NCBI GenBank assembly: GCA_035463255.1 | Contig: DATHTL010000139.1 | Coordinates: 2,279 to 66,278, forward strand | Length of the DNA stretch: 64,000 nt | From: Anaerolineales bacterium | GTDB lineage: Bacteria > Chloroflexota > Anaerolineae > Anaerolineales > Villigracilaceae | Reading direction: 5' to 3' | Part shown: in pieces, positions 36,388-46,436 of the stretch | How positions within the stretch are numbered: the stretch's first letter is position 1 | Layout: every line of letters begins with the position of its first letter | Translations under genes and position numbers: made by a program | Notes under the pieces: generated by a model | Told to the model about the DNA's origin: nothing | The model's input: the letters and a program-made list of their open reading frames with translations, nothing else | Database searches by the model: none

Positions 36388-37326
36388 ATGCCGTACAAAC
36401 CAGCAGAACATCTTGATCAAATCAAAAACCGCGCTTCGCTAACACGTTTCGCCTGGCTCTCCATTGCGGCCGCAGTGGCAACCATTACGCTCAAGACAGG
36501 CGCTTATCTCCTGACAGGCTCGGTAGGTTTACTATCAGATGCCCTGGAGTCTTTCGTCAACCTGGCAGGGGCAATCATGGCCCTGAGCATGTTAACCATT
36601 GCAGCCCGCCCCGCCGATGAGAGTCATGTCTATGGCCATAGCAAAGCCGAGTACTTCGCGAGCGTCACCGAAGGCGTGCTAGTTCTGGCCGCGGCGGGAG
36701 GCATCCTTAGCGCGGCGATCAGCCGACTGTTTCAACCGCGTGAACTTGAGCAGCTGGGAGTGGGGCTGGGTGTTTCTGTTGCAGCATCGGTCATCAATCT
36801 GATTGTGGCTCGCATCCTGCTGCGGGTGGGAAAAGAACGCCGTTCTATTACCCTGGAAGCGGATGCCCATCACCTCATGACCGATGTGTGGACCTCAGCA
36901 GGCGTGATTGGCGGTGTTGCCGTGGCAGGACTCACCGGATGGGGCCTTCTCGACCCTCTGGTGGCGATTGTTGTGGCGATTAACATTATCTGGACAGGGA
37001 TTCGGCTGGTTGGCCGCTCAGTCTCAGGACTGATGGACGCCGCCCTGCCCCACGATGAACAAAGCCTGATCCAGAACGTGATGCAGAAGTATGAGGAAAA
37101 AGGCGTCAATTTTCATGCCTTGCGAACGCGACAGGCAGCGGCCCGGCGGTTCGTTTCGGTGCATATGCTCGTCCCCGGGGACTGGACGGTACATGACGCT
37201 CATCATATGGCAGAAGATTTCGAGTCGGATATTCGTGCAGTGCTGGGAAGTGTGGTCACGGTTTTCACCCATATCGAACCGGTGGAAGATGAGCTCTCCA
37301 TGGAGGATATGTTTTTGGATCGATAG
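36388..37326 (+). CDS. Cation diffusion facilitator (FieF-like)
   Basis: SVGLLSDALES, HVYGHSKAEY, ADAHHLMTD, HALRTR, THIEP. Confidence 0.92.
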   Translation: MPYKPAEHLDQIKNRASLTRFAWLSIAAAVATITLKTGAYLLTGSVGLLSDALESFVNLAGAIMALSMLTIAARPADESHVYGHSKAEYFASVTEGVLVLAAAGGILSAAISRLFQPRELEQLGVGLGVSVAASVINLIVARILLRVGKERRSITLEADAHHLMTDVWTSAGVIGGVAVAGLTGWGLLDPLVAIVVAINIIWTGIRLVGRSVSGLMDAALPHDEQSLIQNVMQKYEEKGVNFHALRTRQAAARRFVSVHMLVPGDWTVHDAHHMAEDFESDIRAVLGSVVTVFTHIEPVEDELSMEDMFLDR

Positions 37327-37341
37327 AAAGAAGTGTGTCCC

Positions 37342-38094
37342 ATGTCAGATTTCCATGTTCCACTGACAAAAGGCAAACTGATCGAGCAGGTACGCCTGCA
37401 CGATCACCATGATCCACATCGTCATGAGTCCCGGCTTGCAGATGTGATCCTGGGCGGGCAGGATGGATTGGTGAACGTCCTGGGGGTGATTCTAGGAGTA
37501 GCGGCGGCGACACAGGATGCGCGTATTGTCATTGCAGCAGGGCTGGCAGCCACCTTCGCGGAATCCATCTCGATGGGCGCGGTCGCGTACACATCGACGC
37601 TGGCTAACGATGATCTTTATCTCAGTGAACGCGAGCGCGAGTACCGTCACATCCATCTCGCCCCCGATGTGGAGATCGAGGAGATCCGCGATATCTATCG
37701 CGACAAAGGCTTCGACGGGGAAACCCTCGAAAAGATCGTTGAGGTGATCACCTCGAACCCCGATGTATGGGTCAATGTCATGATGTCTGAGGAACTCCGC
37801 TTGACGCCCCCGGAAAAGACGAATGCGTTCCGCTCGGCCATCATTGTTGGACTCTCTGCTCTGGCGGGTTCGCTCATCCCCCTGCTGCCGTTCTTTTTCT
37901 GGACCGTGAGCCTGAGCATCTGGTTCTCGATCGTCATCGCCGCCCTGACGTTGTTCGTGGTCGGCGTCTATAAGGCTCGCGTCACTGTGGGGCGTCCCTT
38001 CCGCAGCGGCATACAGATGGCGATCATTGGCACGATCAGCGCGCTGGCTGGTTATGTTGTCGGGTTGATCTTCAAAGTGCCGACGGTACCCTAA
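37342..38094 (+). CDS. VIT1/CCC1 family Fe/Mn transporter
   Basis: DVILGGQDGLV, SISMGAVAY, Glu-rich metal-binding segment. GTG at 37333 is an alternative start. Confidence 0.9.
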   Translation: MSDFHVPLTKGKLIEQVRLHDHHDPHRHESRLADVILGGQDGLVNVLGVILGVAAATQDARIVIAAGLAATFAESISMGAVAYTSTLANDDLYLSEREREYRHIHLAPDVEIEEIRDIYRDKGFDGETLEKIVEVITSNPDVWVNVMMSEELRLTPPEKTNAFRSAIIVGLSALAGSLIPLLPFFFWTVSLSIWFSIVIAALTLFVVGVYKARVTVGRPFRSGIQMAIIGTISALAGYVVGLIFKVPTVP

Positions 38095-38185
38095 CCCGTT
38101 TTCTCAAAACGGACAACACGGAAAATCCGTCAAGGATAAATTCGTCCGTGTCCTCTGTGAAATACGTTTACAAATTTCAGAGCAC

Positions 38186-39901
38186 CTAACTTAGCGGTTC
38201 CTGTTCTTTCCAGATCGTGAAATTCTTGAGGATCGAGCCGCCCAGGAATTCGCGCACGATGGACGTCCCGGGGACGAGGCTGATATCCAGCGGCAGGAAC
38301 CATTCCAGGAACGCCAGCAACCGCTTTGCTTCGATATACTCCGGCGTGCCATGAGGGACCTGCCTGAGAAGCGGTTCGGCATATGGTTTGAGCGCCGCCA
38401 GCTCATACGCCAGCGCCGAATTAAACATCACATTTGCGTTTTCCTGGTACGGAAAGATATGTCGCTTTTCGCCGCGCCGCACCGATTCCCAGCGCTCGAT
38501 GGTTTGTGCAGCAGTGTAGCCGCGCTCCCGCGCGTCGCGGACGATGCGGCGGATGAGGCGCGTGTCGGTGGTGGAAACGCGGTTGTGGCGATCCAGGTTG
38601 AGCTGAGTCAGCGCCGAGACGTAGATGCGAAACGATTCGCCGCTTAAGTTTGCAGGGATCAAGCGGGGGTCCATCCCATGAATTCCCTCCAGGATGAGCG
38701 GCTGTCCATTCCTCAAACGGATCAATTCACCAGCCTCTCGCAAGCCTGTCTTAAAGTTATAACGCGGCAGTTGCACTTCCTCGCCGCGAGTCAGCCGCTG
38801 CAAATGATCTGCCAACAGGGGCAGATCTAATGCATCGATCGACTCGAAGTCGGGCTTTCCATCTGACCCGAGTGGTGTCTTGTCGCGATCCAAAAAGTAA
38901 TTATCGAGTTCAAGAGGGAATGGTGACACGCCCAACGCCAGGAGCTGGACCGTTAGACGCCGTGAGGTTGTGGTCTTGCCTGCCGAAGACGGCCCGGCGA
39001 TCAGAATGATGCGCGAGCGTTCAAGCTGATCGACCACCTGATTGGCAATGCGCGCCAGGTTGTTTTCATGAAATGCCTCCGAAACCAACACCACCTGATC
39101 GCTGCGTCCACTCTGGATGGCATTGTTCAGGGCACCGACATTTTCAATCCCCAACTTTGCAAGCCAGTCACCGTATTGCAGGAAGGTGCCCAACAGCTTC
39201 GGGTATTCGGGCATCGGCAGGAGCTCGTTGGGCTTATGACGCCGCGGATAGCGCAATGTAAAACCACCCTCGGTATACACCAGGTCGAACCATTTGAGGT
39301 AACCCGTGGATGGCACCATGTAGCCGTGGTGATAATCCATGTGGTCGCCTAGGCGGTATAACGTGAGATAGCTCTTTCGACGATAACTCAGCAGACGAAC
39401 TTTGTCTTCATAGCCGCGCGAGTGGAAATACTCTATTGCCTCTTTGATGGGAATTTCCTTGCGCTCGAAAGGCAGATCAGCGTTGACCAATTCCTGCATG
39501 TGACGCTTCAGCGCTTCGATCTCCGGCTCCGTTAATGGCTCGCGTTCTGTGATCTGACAGTAGTATCCCCCCGAGGCGACGGAGTGATCCACATAAAGGA
39601 CAGCATCCGGAAATAATTCGTTGAAGGCCATCTCAAGCAGAAATGTCAATGAGCGGCGATAGATGCGCGCTCCATCCGGGTTTGACATGGTCACCGGAAT
39701 GACGCGTGATTCGATCTCAATCGGATAATTGAGTTCACGCAGATCGCCATTGACAATGGCCCCCACCACCTGCGCTTCAAGATCGAGCGTCCCCAGGAAC
39801 TCGCCTATTTTCGACCCACGCGGGCCAGATAAGACGCGCCCATCGGGCAAATAAATTTCCACGGCTGAGCGCGGAGAAATAATGCTTATGTTTTCATTCA
39901 T
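38186..39901 (-). CDS. Nucleoside (uridine) kinase with ThrRS-like N-terminal domain
   Basis: TGS/ThrRS-editing-like N-terminus (YRRSLTFLL); AGPSSAGKTT, LDNYF, EGIHG, RRIVRD. Confidence 0.88.
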   Translation of the reverse strand: MNENISIISPRSAVEIYLPDGRVLSGPRGSKIGEFLGTLDLEAQVVGAIVNGDLRELNYPIEIESRVIPVTMSNPDGARIYRRSLTFLLEMAFNELFPDAVLYVDHSVASGGYYCQITEREPLTEPEIEALKRHMQELVNADLPFERKEIPIKEAIEYFHSRGYEDKVRLLSYRRKSYLTLYRLGDHMDYHHGYMVPSTGYLKWFDLVYTEGGFTLRYPRRHKPNELLPMPEYPKLLGTFLQYGDWLAKLGIENVGALNNAIQSGRSDQVVLVSEAFHENNLARIANQVVDQLERSRIILIAGPSSAGKTTTSRRLTVQLLALGVSPFPLELDNYFLDRDKTPLGSDGKPDFESIDALDLPLLADHLQRLTRGEEVQLPRYNFKTGLREAGELIRLRNGQPLILEGIHGMDPRLIPANLSGESFRIYVSALTQLNLDRHNRVSTTDTRLIRRIVRDARERGYTAAQTIERWESVRRGEKRHIFPYQENANVMFNSALAYELAALKPYAEPLLRQVPHGTPEYIEAKRLLAFLEWFLPLDISLVPGTSIVREFLGGSILKNFTIWKEQEPLS

Positions 39902-39920
39902 AATAATTCCATTCAAACTT

Positions 39921-40000
39921 GTAGGCCGGGCTCGCAAAGCGGCCCGACAAAACTGGCGGGTTACCCCGCTACCGCGGGATCTTCGACAAACCCGCCCTAC
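39921..40000. repeat. Inverted pair of GTAG REPs; the right copy overlaps the panE 3' end
   Basis: GTAGGCCGGGC...GGCCCGAC (39921-39948) and GGCGGGTT...AAACCCGCCCTAC (39956-40000). Confidence 0.65.
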
Positions 40001-41084
40001 TTATCATTGTTAGTAATTTTTCCGGCCTGTGCGCAAATTCTTCCAGCGGAATTTCCTTGTTTGTCAACGCCATCAGAGTCTCGGTGAGCACTTTGTTCAC
40101 CGGCGTGGGGACGTTACACCTCTCGCCAGCGCGCACAACTTCTCCGTGCAAGTATTCCACTTCACTCTTGCCGCGCCCCGAATGAAGATCGATGTGGAAC
40201 GATGGCATCTTCCCGCCGCGTCCAGCGCCGGCTGCGCGTGAGAGTAACGGCTTGGAAAGCCACAACGGCAATTTCGTCGCGTATGCCAGTGCCCGGACAG
40301 GCGTGCCCGGCAAGTCAACGACCTCGAACCCCTGCGCTTCCATGACCGCGAGACATTCACGCAACATTTCGATCTCAAGCTTATATAAATCTCTGTTGGC
40401 AAACACTTCACGTGCGGTCAGATCCAGGATCGCGGAGGTTGGGTTTGCGAGCAGGTTCGTCAGCATTTTCGACCACTTCATGCTATCCGCGTCGTCGAAT
40501 AACTTCGAATTGAGATAAGCATGATTGAAGGCAGTATTCAACTTCTCGGAAAGCGGATGTTCCTTCGCAACGCCCACGCCGCGTAAACGCTCGAGCACAA
40601 TATCGCCTGCAGCGCGGCGACCGATAGCTGATGTCACTGTGCCATAAATGACTTTGTCTTTCCCTAACGCTGCTGCGATCGCAGGTTCGTTGGATACACC
40701 ATTAGACAAACACAGGATAGGCGGTATCTTGTCCGCGTAGGGTTTCAATCCTTCCAGCGCTGCCTGAGTGTCGAACGACTTCAAAGCAAAGAGGGCCACG
40801 TCAAACGGACCATAACGCAATGCCTCATCCAGCGCGGAAGCAATGACAAATTTGGATGGATCTACGCGGGAGGCATCCTTTGTCTGACGACGCTTATCCA
40901 ACGTGAGGTCGAGGCGTAATCCGCGCTGTCTCAATTCCTCCGCCACCTTTGGCTGCTCCAGAAAGATGACCGGGTGGCCGGCAAGCACGAGACTCCCACC
41001 GATATACGTCCCGATTGCGCCCGCGCCAAAGACGAGCATTTTCATTTTGCCGTTGAGATGTCTGGCAGACTCAGATAAGGCCAT
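39969..41084 (-). CDS. panE: 2-dehydropantoate 2-reductase (ketopantoate reductase family)
   Basis: GAGAIG, LKSFD, LSNG, KWSKMLTN, PSFHID, SEVEYLHG, PTPVN. Confidence 0.8.
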   Translation of the reverse strand: MALSESARHLNGKMKMLVFGAGAIGTYIGGSLVLAGHPVIFLEQPKVAEELRQRGLRLDLTLDKRRQTKDASRVDPSKFVIASALDEALRYGPFDVALFALKSFDTQAALEGLKPYADKIPPILCLSNGVSNEPAIAAALGKDKVIYGTVTSAIGRRAAGDIVLERLRGVGVAKEHPLSEKLNTAFNHAYLNSKLFDDADSMKWSKMLTNLLANPTSAILDLTAREVFANRDLYKLEIEMLRECLAVMEAQGFEVVDLPGTPVRALAYATKLPLWLSKPLLSRAAGAGRGGKMPSFHIDLHSGRGKSEVEYLHGEVVRAGERCNVPTPVNKVLTETLMALTNKEIPLEEFAHRPEKLLTMISRAGLSKIPR

Positions 41085-41086
41085 CT

Positions 41087-41752
41087 TTACTCGGGCTGGA
41101 AATGTTTAAAATGAGCACGGTCGCTGAGGTGAGCGCGATCATTCACAGCGTCAATAGACCAGCGATGCTGATAAGGAAAATAAATGACGCGCGCAAAGGC
41201 TGTATTCTCAAAGCGAAAGCGAACGCCAGAGGGATCGGCATGCGGAGCAATTCCAATGATGGCGTTCATCAACTGGTTGAGCAAGCCACCATGCGAGACG
41301 ATCAGGTAACTACCTGGAGTCCGGCGCAAAAGACTATGTAGTGCCTGGCCGGCGCGCAGAAAGAGAGCCCAATCTCCTTCTCCCTGGCCGCCGATCGGAT
41401 CATAAGGCGTTGTGTACGGCGGCTGAGGCCTTTTTCGCACCTCTTCTGCCGTTAAGCCCTCCATCTCACCGATGTGACGCTCCATCAGGATTGGATCCAG
41501 TTCCACTTGCGCGCCCACACCAGCAGCGACTATTTCCGCAGTTTCCTTAGCGCGCACCAGCGGGCTGGCAATGATCAGGTCGAACGTTACGCCCTCCGCC
41601 TTCCAGCGTTGTGCCAGCGCCTGGGCCTGAGACCGGCCCTTTTGAGTGAGCGCGTAATCAGACTGGCCCTGCCAGCGCGATTCTGCGTTGCCAATGGATT
41701 CTCCATGACGGAGAAAGGTAAAGCTGTAAACAGGTTTATCGTTTGGACTCAT
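41087..41752 (-). CDS. Histidine phosphatase family protein
   Basis: LRHGES, SPLVRA, VSHGG. Confidence 0.92.
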   Translation of the reverse strand: MSPNDKPVYSFTFLRHGESIGNAESRWQGQSDYALTQKGRSQAQALAQRWKAEGVTFDLIIASPLVRAKETAEIVAAGVGAQVELDPILMERHIGEMEGLTAEEVRKRPQPPYTTPYDPIGGQGEGDWALFLRAGQALHSLLRRTPGSYLIVSHGGLLNQLMNAIIGIAPHADPSGVRFRFENTAFARVIYFPYQHRWSIDAVNDRAHLSDRAHFKHFQPE

Positions 41753-42693
41753 TTCTCCCTTTTCTTGAGCAAATAGACAGGTCTGCGTTTCACTTCCTGA
41801 AAGATATACCCGACGTACACACCGATGAAGCCCAGCAAAATCATCAGTATGCCCCCCACGATCAAAATGACGAACATGAGCGAGCTCCAGCCGGGTGCCA
41901 GGTTGGAGGTGCGCCCTGTCACCCAGAAGGAGAGCACATAGATCATCTCGAGAGCCGCCAGACAGAAAAATAGTCCGCCGGCGCTCAAGCCGATATACAA
42001 CGGCATGAGTGAGAATGAGAAAATAGCATCCATGGCCAGGCGGAACATCTTGCCAGGCGAATACTTCGACTTGCCCGCCACGCGGCTCGTCTCATGGTAA
42101 GGCAGAATGACGCTGCGATAGCCCATCCACGAGATCATACCTCGCAAAAAGCGGTGGTACTCAGGCATGGATTTCAGCGCATCCACAACCTGGCGGCTCA
42201 TGCCGCGAAAGTCAGCGGCGCCCGGCTCCATGTGTGTGCCGCTGATGCGATTAATTAAGGCATAAAAGCCAGAAGAGGTCATTTTCTTGAAGGAGAAGCC
42301 CTGTCCCTCGTCGATGCGCTGCGCCTGAATGATGTCATACCCCTGTTGAAACAGTTGGACCATCTGGGAGATCATCTCAGGCGGATGCTGCCCATCTGCA
42401 TCCATCGTGATCACAAAATCGCCGGTGGACGCGTCCAGCCCGGCGGTCAGCGCAGCCTGATGGCCAAAGTTCCGGGCCAGCTCCAACACGATAATGCGAT
42501 GATCTTTTTCTGCCAGTGTTGTAAGAGACTTGACCGTCCCATCCCGTGAGCCATCATCTACATAGTAGAGCGTAAAATCATGGGGCAGGCATTCCAGCAC
42601 CTTGCATACCTCAGTATAGGTCTGTTCGACCACTCCCGCCTCGTTGAAAACCGGGATCACAAGATCGATGGTGAGTTGATGTTCCGGGGACAT
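41749..42693 (-). CDS. GT2 polyprenyl-phosphate glycosyltransferase (GtrB/ArnC-like)
   Basis: VIPVFNE, VDDGSRD, RNFGHQAAL, MDADGQHPP; two C-terminal TM helices. Confidence 0.92.
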   Translation of the reverse strand: MSPEHQLTIDLVIPVFNEAGVVEQTYTEVCKVLECLPHDFTLYYVDDGSRDGTVKSLTTLAEKDHRIIVLELARNFGHQAALTAGLDASTGDFVITMDADGQHPPEMISQMVQLFQQGYDIIQAQRIDEGQGFSFKKMTSSGFYALINRISGTHMEPGAADFRGMSRQVVDALKSMPEYHRFLRGMISWMGYRSVILPYHETSRVAGKSKYSPGKMFRLAMDAIFSFSLMPLYIGLSAGGLFFCLAALEMIYVLSFWVTGRTSNLAPGWSSLMFVILIVGGILMILLGFIGVYVGYIFQEVKRRPVYLLKKREK

Positions 42694-42762
42694 TGCAAGA
42701 ATTCTACCATGCTGGTCGTGAACGCTACACGCAGAGCATTCTCTCAGCCTGATCGCATAACG

Positions 42763-43902
42763 CTAAAATTTAAAGCTTTGCAGCAAGTCGATTACCTGTT
42801 CCTGCTCATTACTGGTCAGTGAATTGTGGAATGGCAGGCGAATGAGCTGGTCGCTAACTTGTTCGGTCACGGGACAATCGCCTGGTTGCCCGCCGAAATG
42901 CCGTCCCATATCGGAGAGATGCAGCGGCAAATAATGGAATACGCTGTAAATGCCGCGCTCACGCAGGTACGCAATTAATTTCTGACGTATCTCGAGGCTC
43001 GGCATCAGCATAAAGAACATGTGATATGACTGTTCACAGCCCTCAGGAATACAGGGCAACTGCACATCGCGAGCATGGGCCCAATTTTTGAGTCCCGCAT
43101 AATACAGCTCCCAGACCTGCCTGCGATGCAACTGGATCTTTTCATGCTGCTCAAATTGTGCGAACAAGAACGCAGCAAGGATATCGGACGGCAGATAAGA
43201 AGAACCGATGTCCACCCAGGTGTATTTATCCACCTGCCCGCGGAAGAAGCGAGACCGGTTCGTCCCTTTCTCGCGGATGATCTCGGCCCGCTCAACAAAC
43301 GCCGGATCATTGATCAGCAGCGCACCGCCTTCACCGCAGCTAAAATTCTTAGTCTCATGAAAGGACTGCGATGCCATGGAGCCAAAGGTGCCGAGGAATT
43401 TCCCCTTGTATTTGCCAAATAGTCCGTGAGCGTTGTCTTCCACCACGACGATGTTGTGACGTCTGGCAATCTCCATGATGGTATCCATCTCGCAACCTAC
43501 GCCTGCATAATGCACCGGAACGATTGCCTTTGTTTTGAACGTCAGGGCGGACTCGAGTTTAGATTCATCCAGATTAAGGGTATCGGGCCGAATGTCCACA
43601 AAGACTGGAATGGCTCCGCGCAACACAAAAGCATTGACTGTGGAGACAAATGTGAAGTCCGGGATGATGACTTCATCGCCAGGCTGGATATCGAGCAGGA
43701 TCGCGGACATTTCAAGTGCATGGGTGCAGGAAGTGGTCAGCAGAGCTTTTTGCACTCCGATCTCTCTCTCGAGAAACGCGTGACACTTTTTTGTAAAGGG
43801 TCCATCACCCGAAATATGGCCATTGGCGATGGCCTGCTGCATGTATTCAAATTCCCTGCCGACGACGACCGGACGATTGAAATCAACTTTTAGCTCGTTC
43901 AA
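42763..43902 (-). CDS. wecE: dTDP-4-amino-4,6-dideoxygalactose transaminase
   Basis: GDGPFTKKC, TTSCTHALEM, SFHETKN, EKGTNRSRFFRGQVDKYTW, FHYLPLH. TTG start. Confidence 0.9.
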   Translation of the reverse strand: MNELKVDFNRPVVVGREFEYMQQAIANGHISGDGPFTKKCHAFLEREIGVQKALLTTSCTHALEMSAILLDIQPGDEVIIPDFTFVSTVNAFVLRGAIPVFVDIRPDTLNLDESKLESALTFKTKAIVPVHYAGVGCEMDTIMEIARRHNIVVVEDNAHGLFGKYKGKFLGTFGSMASQSFHETKNFSCGEGGALLINDPAFVERAEIIREKGTNRSRFFRGQVDKYTWVDIGSSYLPSDILAAFLFAQFEQHEKIQLHRRQVWELYYAGLKNWAHARDVQLPCIPEGCEQSYHMFFMLMPSLEIRQKLIAYLRERGIYSVFHYLPLHLSDMGRHFGGQPGDCPVTEQVSDQLIRLPFHNSLTSNEQEQVIDLLQSFKF

Positions 43903-43943
43903 GAGGCATTCTCCGAGTTCCTTTGCAACCTTCTCAGGTTGAC

Positions 43944-46397
43944 CTATTTTTTCGTGTACAACTCTGTCTGCGAACCTTCGACTACTTTTATAACACGCGG
44001 CGAAAAATAATTCTCCTCTTGTGTGCCGACCATATAAACATCGGCGCCGCTGGGAAAGAATTCGGGAACATCTTCCGGTTCAAAGATCACCAGGCCGTAT
44101 TGACGCCCAACCAAGAAGAACACCAGCCGCGCTTCTTCTGCTTCCCCATAGCCCAGTTTTGCCGTTCCGGGTTCGCCATCGCCTGCTTCATAGTAACGGG
44201 GAAATATTGCGCGACCGTAGATGGCAGTTTCTCCGGGCTGCGCTGTCTCAGAGATTTGCTGCAAGATTTCTTCCTGCGACCTGGGCGGATATCTTTGCGG
44301 GAAAATAGATTCAGTCAGCGGGAGAAACGCTCCCAGGAACAGGACAAAGATCAGGCTTAGCAGGAAACGCCGTCTGGATAATGCAGAAGACTCTTCGGCA
44401 AGAGTTTGCACAACATATGGTCGCTGGATCCAGGCGAGGATGGTTTCCCGTGTGCGCTGTATAAAGGACAGCAACAAACCTCCCAGAAGTAATAATCCAA
44501 AGAATTCATACAAATGGACGCTCCAATCCAGTGGGACGATGAACCGTTCGCCCGAGCTCATGAACAGAGCGGTCCATAAATTGTATACGAGCCCAAGAGC
44601 GAGGGGCAGCCAGCCGATCAACCCGTGATAATGCCATGCAGCCGCGACGCCCACACTGAAGAGAAGGACATACAAGACAAAAAGAGGAAGCTGGCTGCTT
44701 ACCAGCGGCGTTTTCCAAAATGTGTGCTGCGGTGTAAAAATCTCCGAGGGTGACAGGATCTCATCTCGCGCCGGGAACGCCAGCAAGCTGGTGATTTCAC
44801 TGTTGACAAAATGATTGGCCGCCGTGCGCAAAATGAAATCAGGATGTTGCTTAAAACTTTCGATGGCCATGCGGGTCAGGCGGCTGGAATATTGGGCATC
44901 GTTTTCACCGGGTAACTTTGGCAACAGCTCATTTCCCATGCTTCCGCTCCAGCGCCGTGCCATAGTCATGGTTTGCGAAATGGGGTTATCCAGGATCAGA
45001 CCGCCAGCCGCAATGTAATTTCGTGTCAGCCACGGAACAATCACGATCGCAAACCCGATGCCTATCAAGATGGAACCTTTGGCCCACTGCTTCCAGTTCG
45101 GAAGAACAAAAAAGGCCAGCACCACAAGGGGAACAAGAAGGACTGAACTTTGCAGCCTGACCAAGGCTGCCGCCCCGAGCAACCCACCGATCAGAAGAGA
45201 GAGCCAGGCCGGTGGCCGGGAAGAGCGCAGCCAGCAAATTGAAAGCAAGGTGACCAGACCGATCAGGAGCGCGGCAGGAAGCTCAGAAAGGTACAGCTTG
45301 GAGTACGTGACATTGCTGGCAAAAGGCACAGCAATGTTGGCGTTGATATCGCGGAACGCTGCCAATATGGACAGACTCAGCCCCAACGGTATGCCGCCGA
45401 TCTCTTTGCCCAGGAGGTAGAGCACTACCGGAAAAAATGCCAGCACCAACGTCTGCAAGACAATGATGTTTTTATAGTCTTGATTCCCCAGCAAATGAAA
45501 CCAGGTGAGAACGCCGACATAAAACGGACGTGCAGGAATTTCAGGCCATGTGAAGCCATTCCCCGTCAAAGCAGATTGAGCATATTCCGCATAGAACTGG
45601 GCATCAGAGAATGGGTAAATTTCAAAATTAGGCTGGCGCGGTGTTGTGGCGGTGTAGGCAGTATGGATGGGCTGGCTGAGCCAGAGGAGGACCGTAAAGA
45701 TGTAAATCCCAAAGGGAATCCATTTTTGGCGATTCCTTGAGATCACTGGAGGGAAAAACAGCAAGACCCCAAGGAACATCAACGTGAGAAGGATCTGCCA
45801 TTCGAGGAAGGGAATCGGCGCGTCGCCCCAGTTGTCATCGGGCGTAATGCCAATCCTGGTAACAATAACGACAATCCCAAGCAGAAAGAAAAATACAAGC
45901 GAGAAGATGACCGTTTTCCAGATCGGTTTGAGAGTCGCGAAAACTGTTCTGGCATTGTCATACCGAATCCATGCAATCAGCGCGGCGAGCTCCAGGGCGG
46001 CCAGGCCAACCCATAAAAGAATAGGATGGAGGCGCGCTGCGTAAACGAGATAGAGCGGGTCATTTTTGAATAAGGGAACAGCAGCCAGAACAGAGATGGA
46101 GCCAAGGACCGCCAGGAGGGCAGCCAGATAGGTGAAATCCCAGAATAAAGGATGTTTATCCAGATCAAGCCAGGTTTGACGGAAACTCTCTCGGCGGCTC
46201 AGCAGCCACAGCATGACCGAGACCGCGGTTAAAACCAGCGCCATGCCAATCAGAGCCAGCCTCGCAGACGAGAAGCCAAAGGCAAGCGGATGCTCTGTAT
46301 CCGTCGGAATGAGCACAAGCCATAGGAATGCAGCCAGCCCCTGGATACTCCATAGACCGAACAGCAAGCTCCAATGATCAGGTTTCGTTGTTTTCAT
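43944..46397 (-). CDS. Large polytopic membrane protein, probable GT-C (ArnT/PMT-like) glycosyltransferase
   Basis: 817 aa with about 17 hydrophobic segments. FSDAQFY loop, RPFY, LSELPA, ALVRLQ and PWLTRNY resemble GT-C/PMT_2 proteins; sits inside a sugar-modification cluster. Confidence 0.65.
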   Translation of the reverse strand: MKTTKPDHWSLLFGLWSIQGLAAFLWLVLIPTDTEHPLAFGFSSARLALIGMALVLTAVSVMLWLLSRRESFRQTWLDLDKHPLFWDFTYLAALLAVLGSISVLAAVPLFKNDPLYLVYAARLHPILLWVGLAALELAALIAWIRYDNARTVFATLKPIWKTVIFSLVFFFLLGIVVIVTRIGITPDDNWGDAPIPFLEWQILLTLMFLGVLLFFPPVISRNRQKWIPFGIYIFTVLLWLSQPIHTAYTATTPRQPNFEIYPFSDAQFYAEYAQSALTGNGFTWPEIPARPFYVGVLTWFHLLGNQDYKNIIVLQTLVLAFFPVVLYLLGKEIGGIPLGLSLSILAAFRDINANIAVPFASNVTYSKLYLSELPAALLIGLVTLLSICWLRSSRPPAWLSLLIGGLLGAAALVRLQSSVLLVPLVVLAFFVLPNWKQWAKGSILIGIGFAIVIVPWLTRNYIAAGGLILDNPISQTMTMARRWSGSMGNELLPKLPGENDAQYSSRLTRMAIESFKQHPDFILRTAANHFVNSEITSLLAFPARDEILSPSEIFTPQHTFWKTPLVSSQLPLFVLYVLLFSVGVAAAWHYHGLIGWLPLALGLVYNLWTALFMSSGERFIVPLDWSVHLYEFFGLLLLGGLLLSFIQRTRETILAWIQRPYVVQTLAEESSALSRRRFLLSLIFVLFLGAFLPLTESIFPQRYPPRSQEEILQQISETAQPGETAIYGRAIFPRYYEAGDGEPGTAKLGYGEAEEARLVFFLVGRQYGLVIFEPEDVPEFFPSGADVYMVGTQEENYFSPRVIKVVEGSQTELYTKK

Positions 46398-46436
46398 CGG
46401 TGATATCCATGTATGCTACCTGGCAACTTCTGACGG

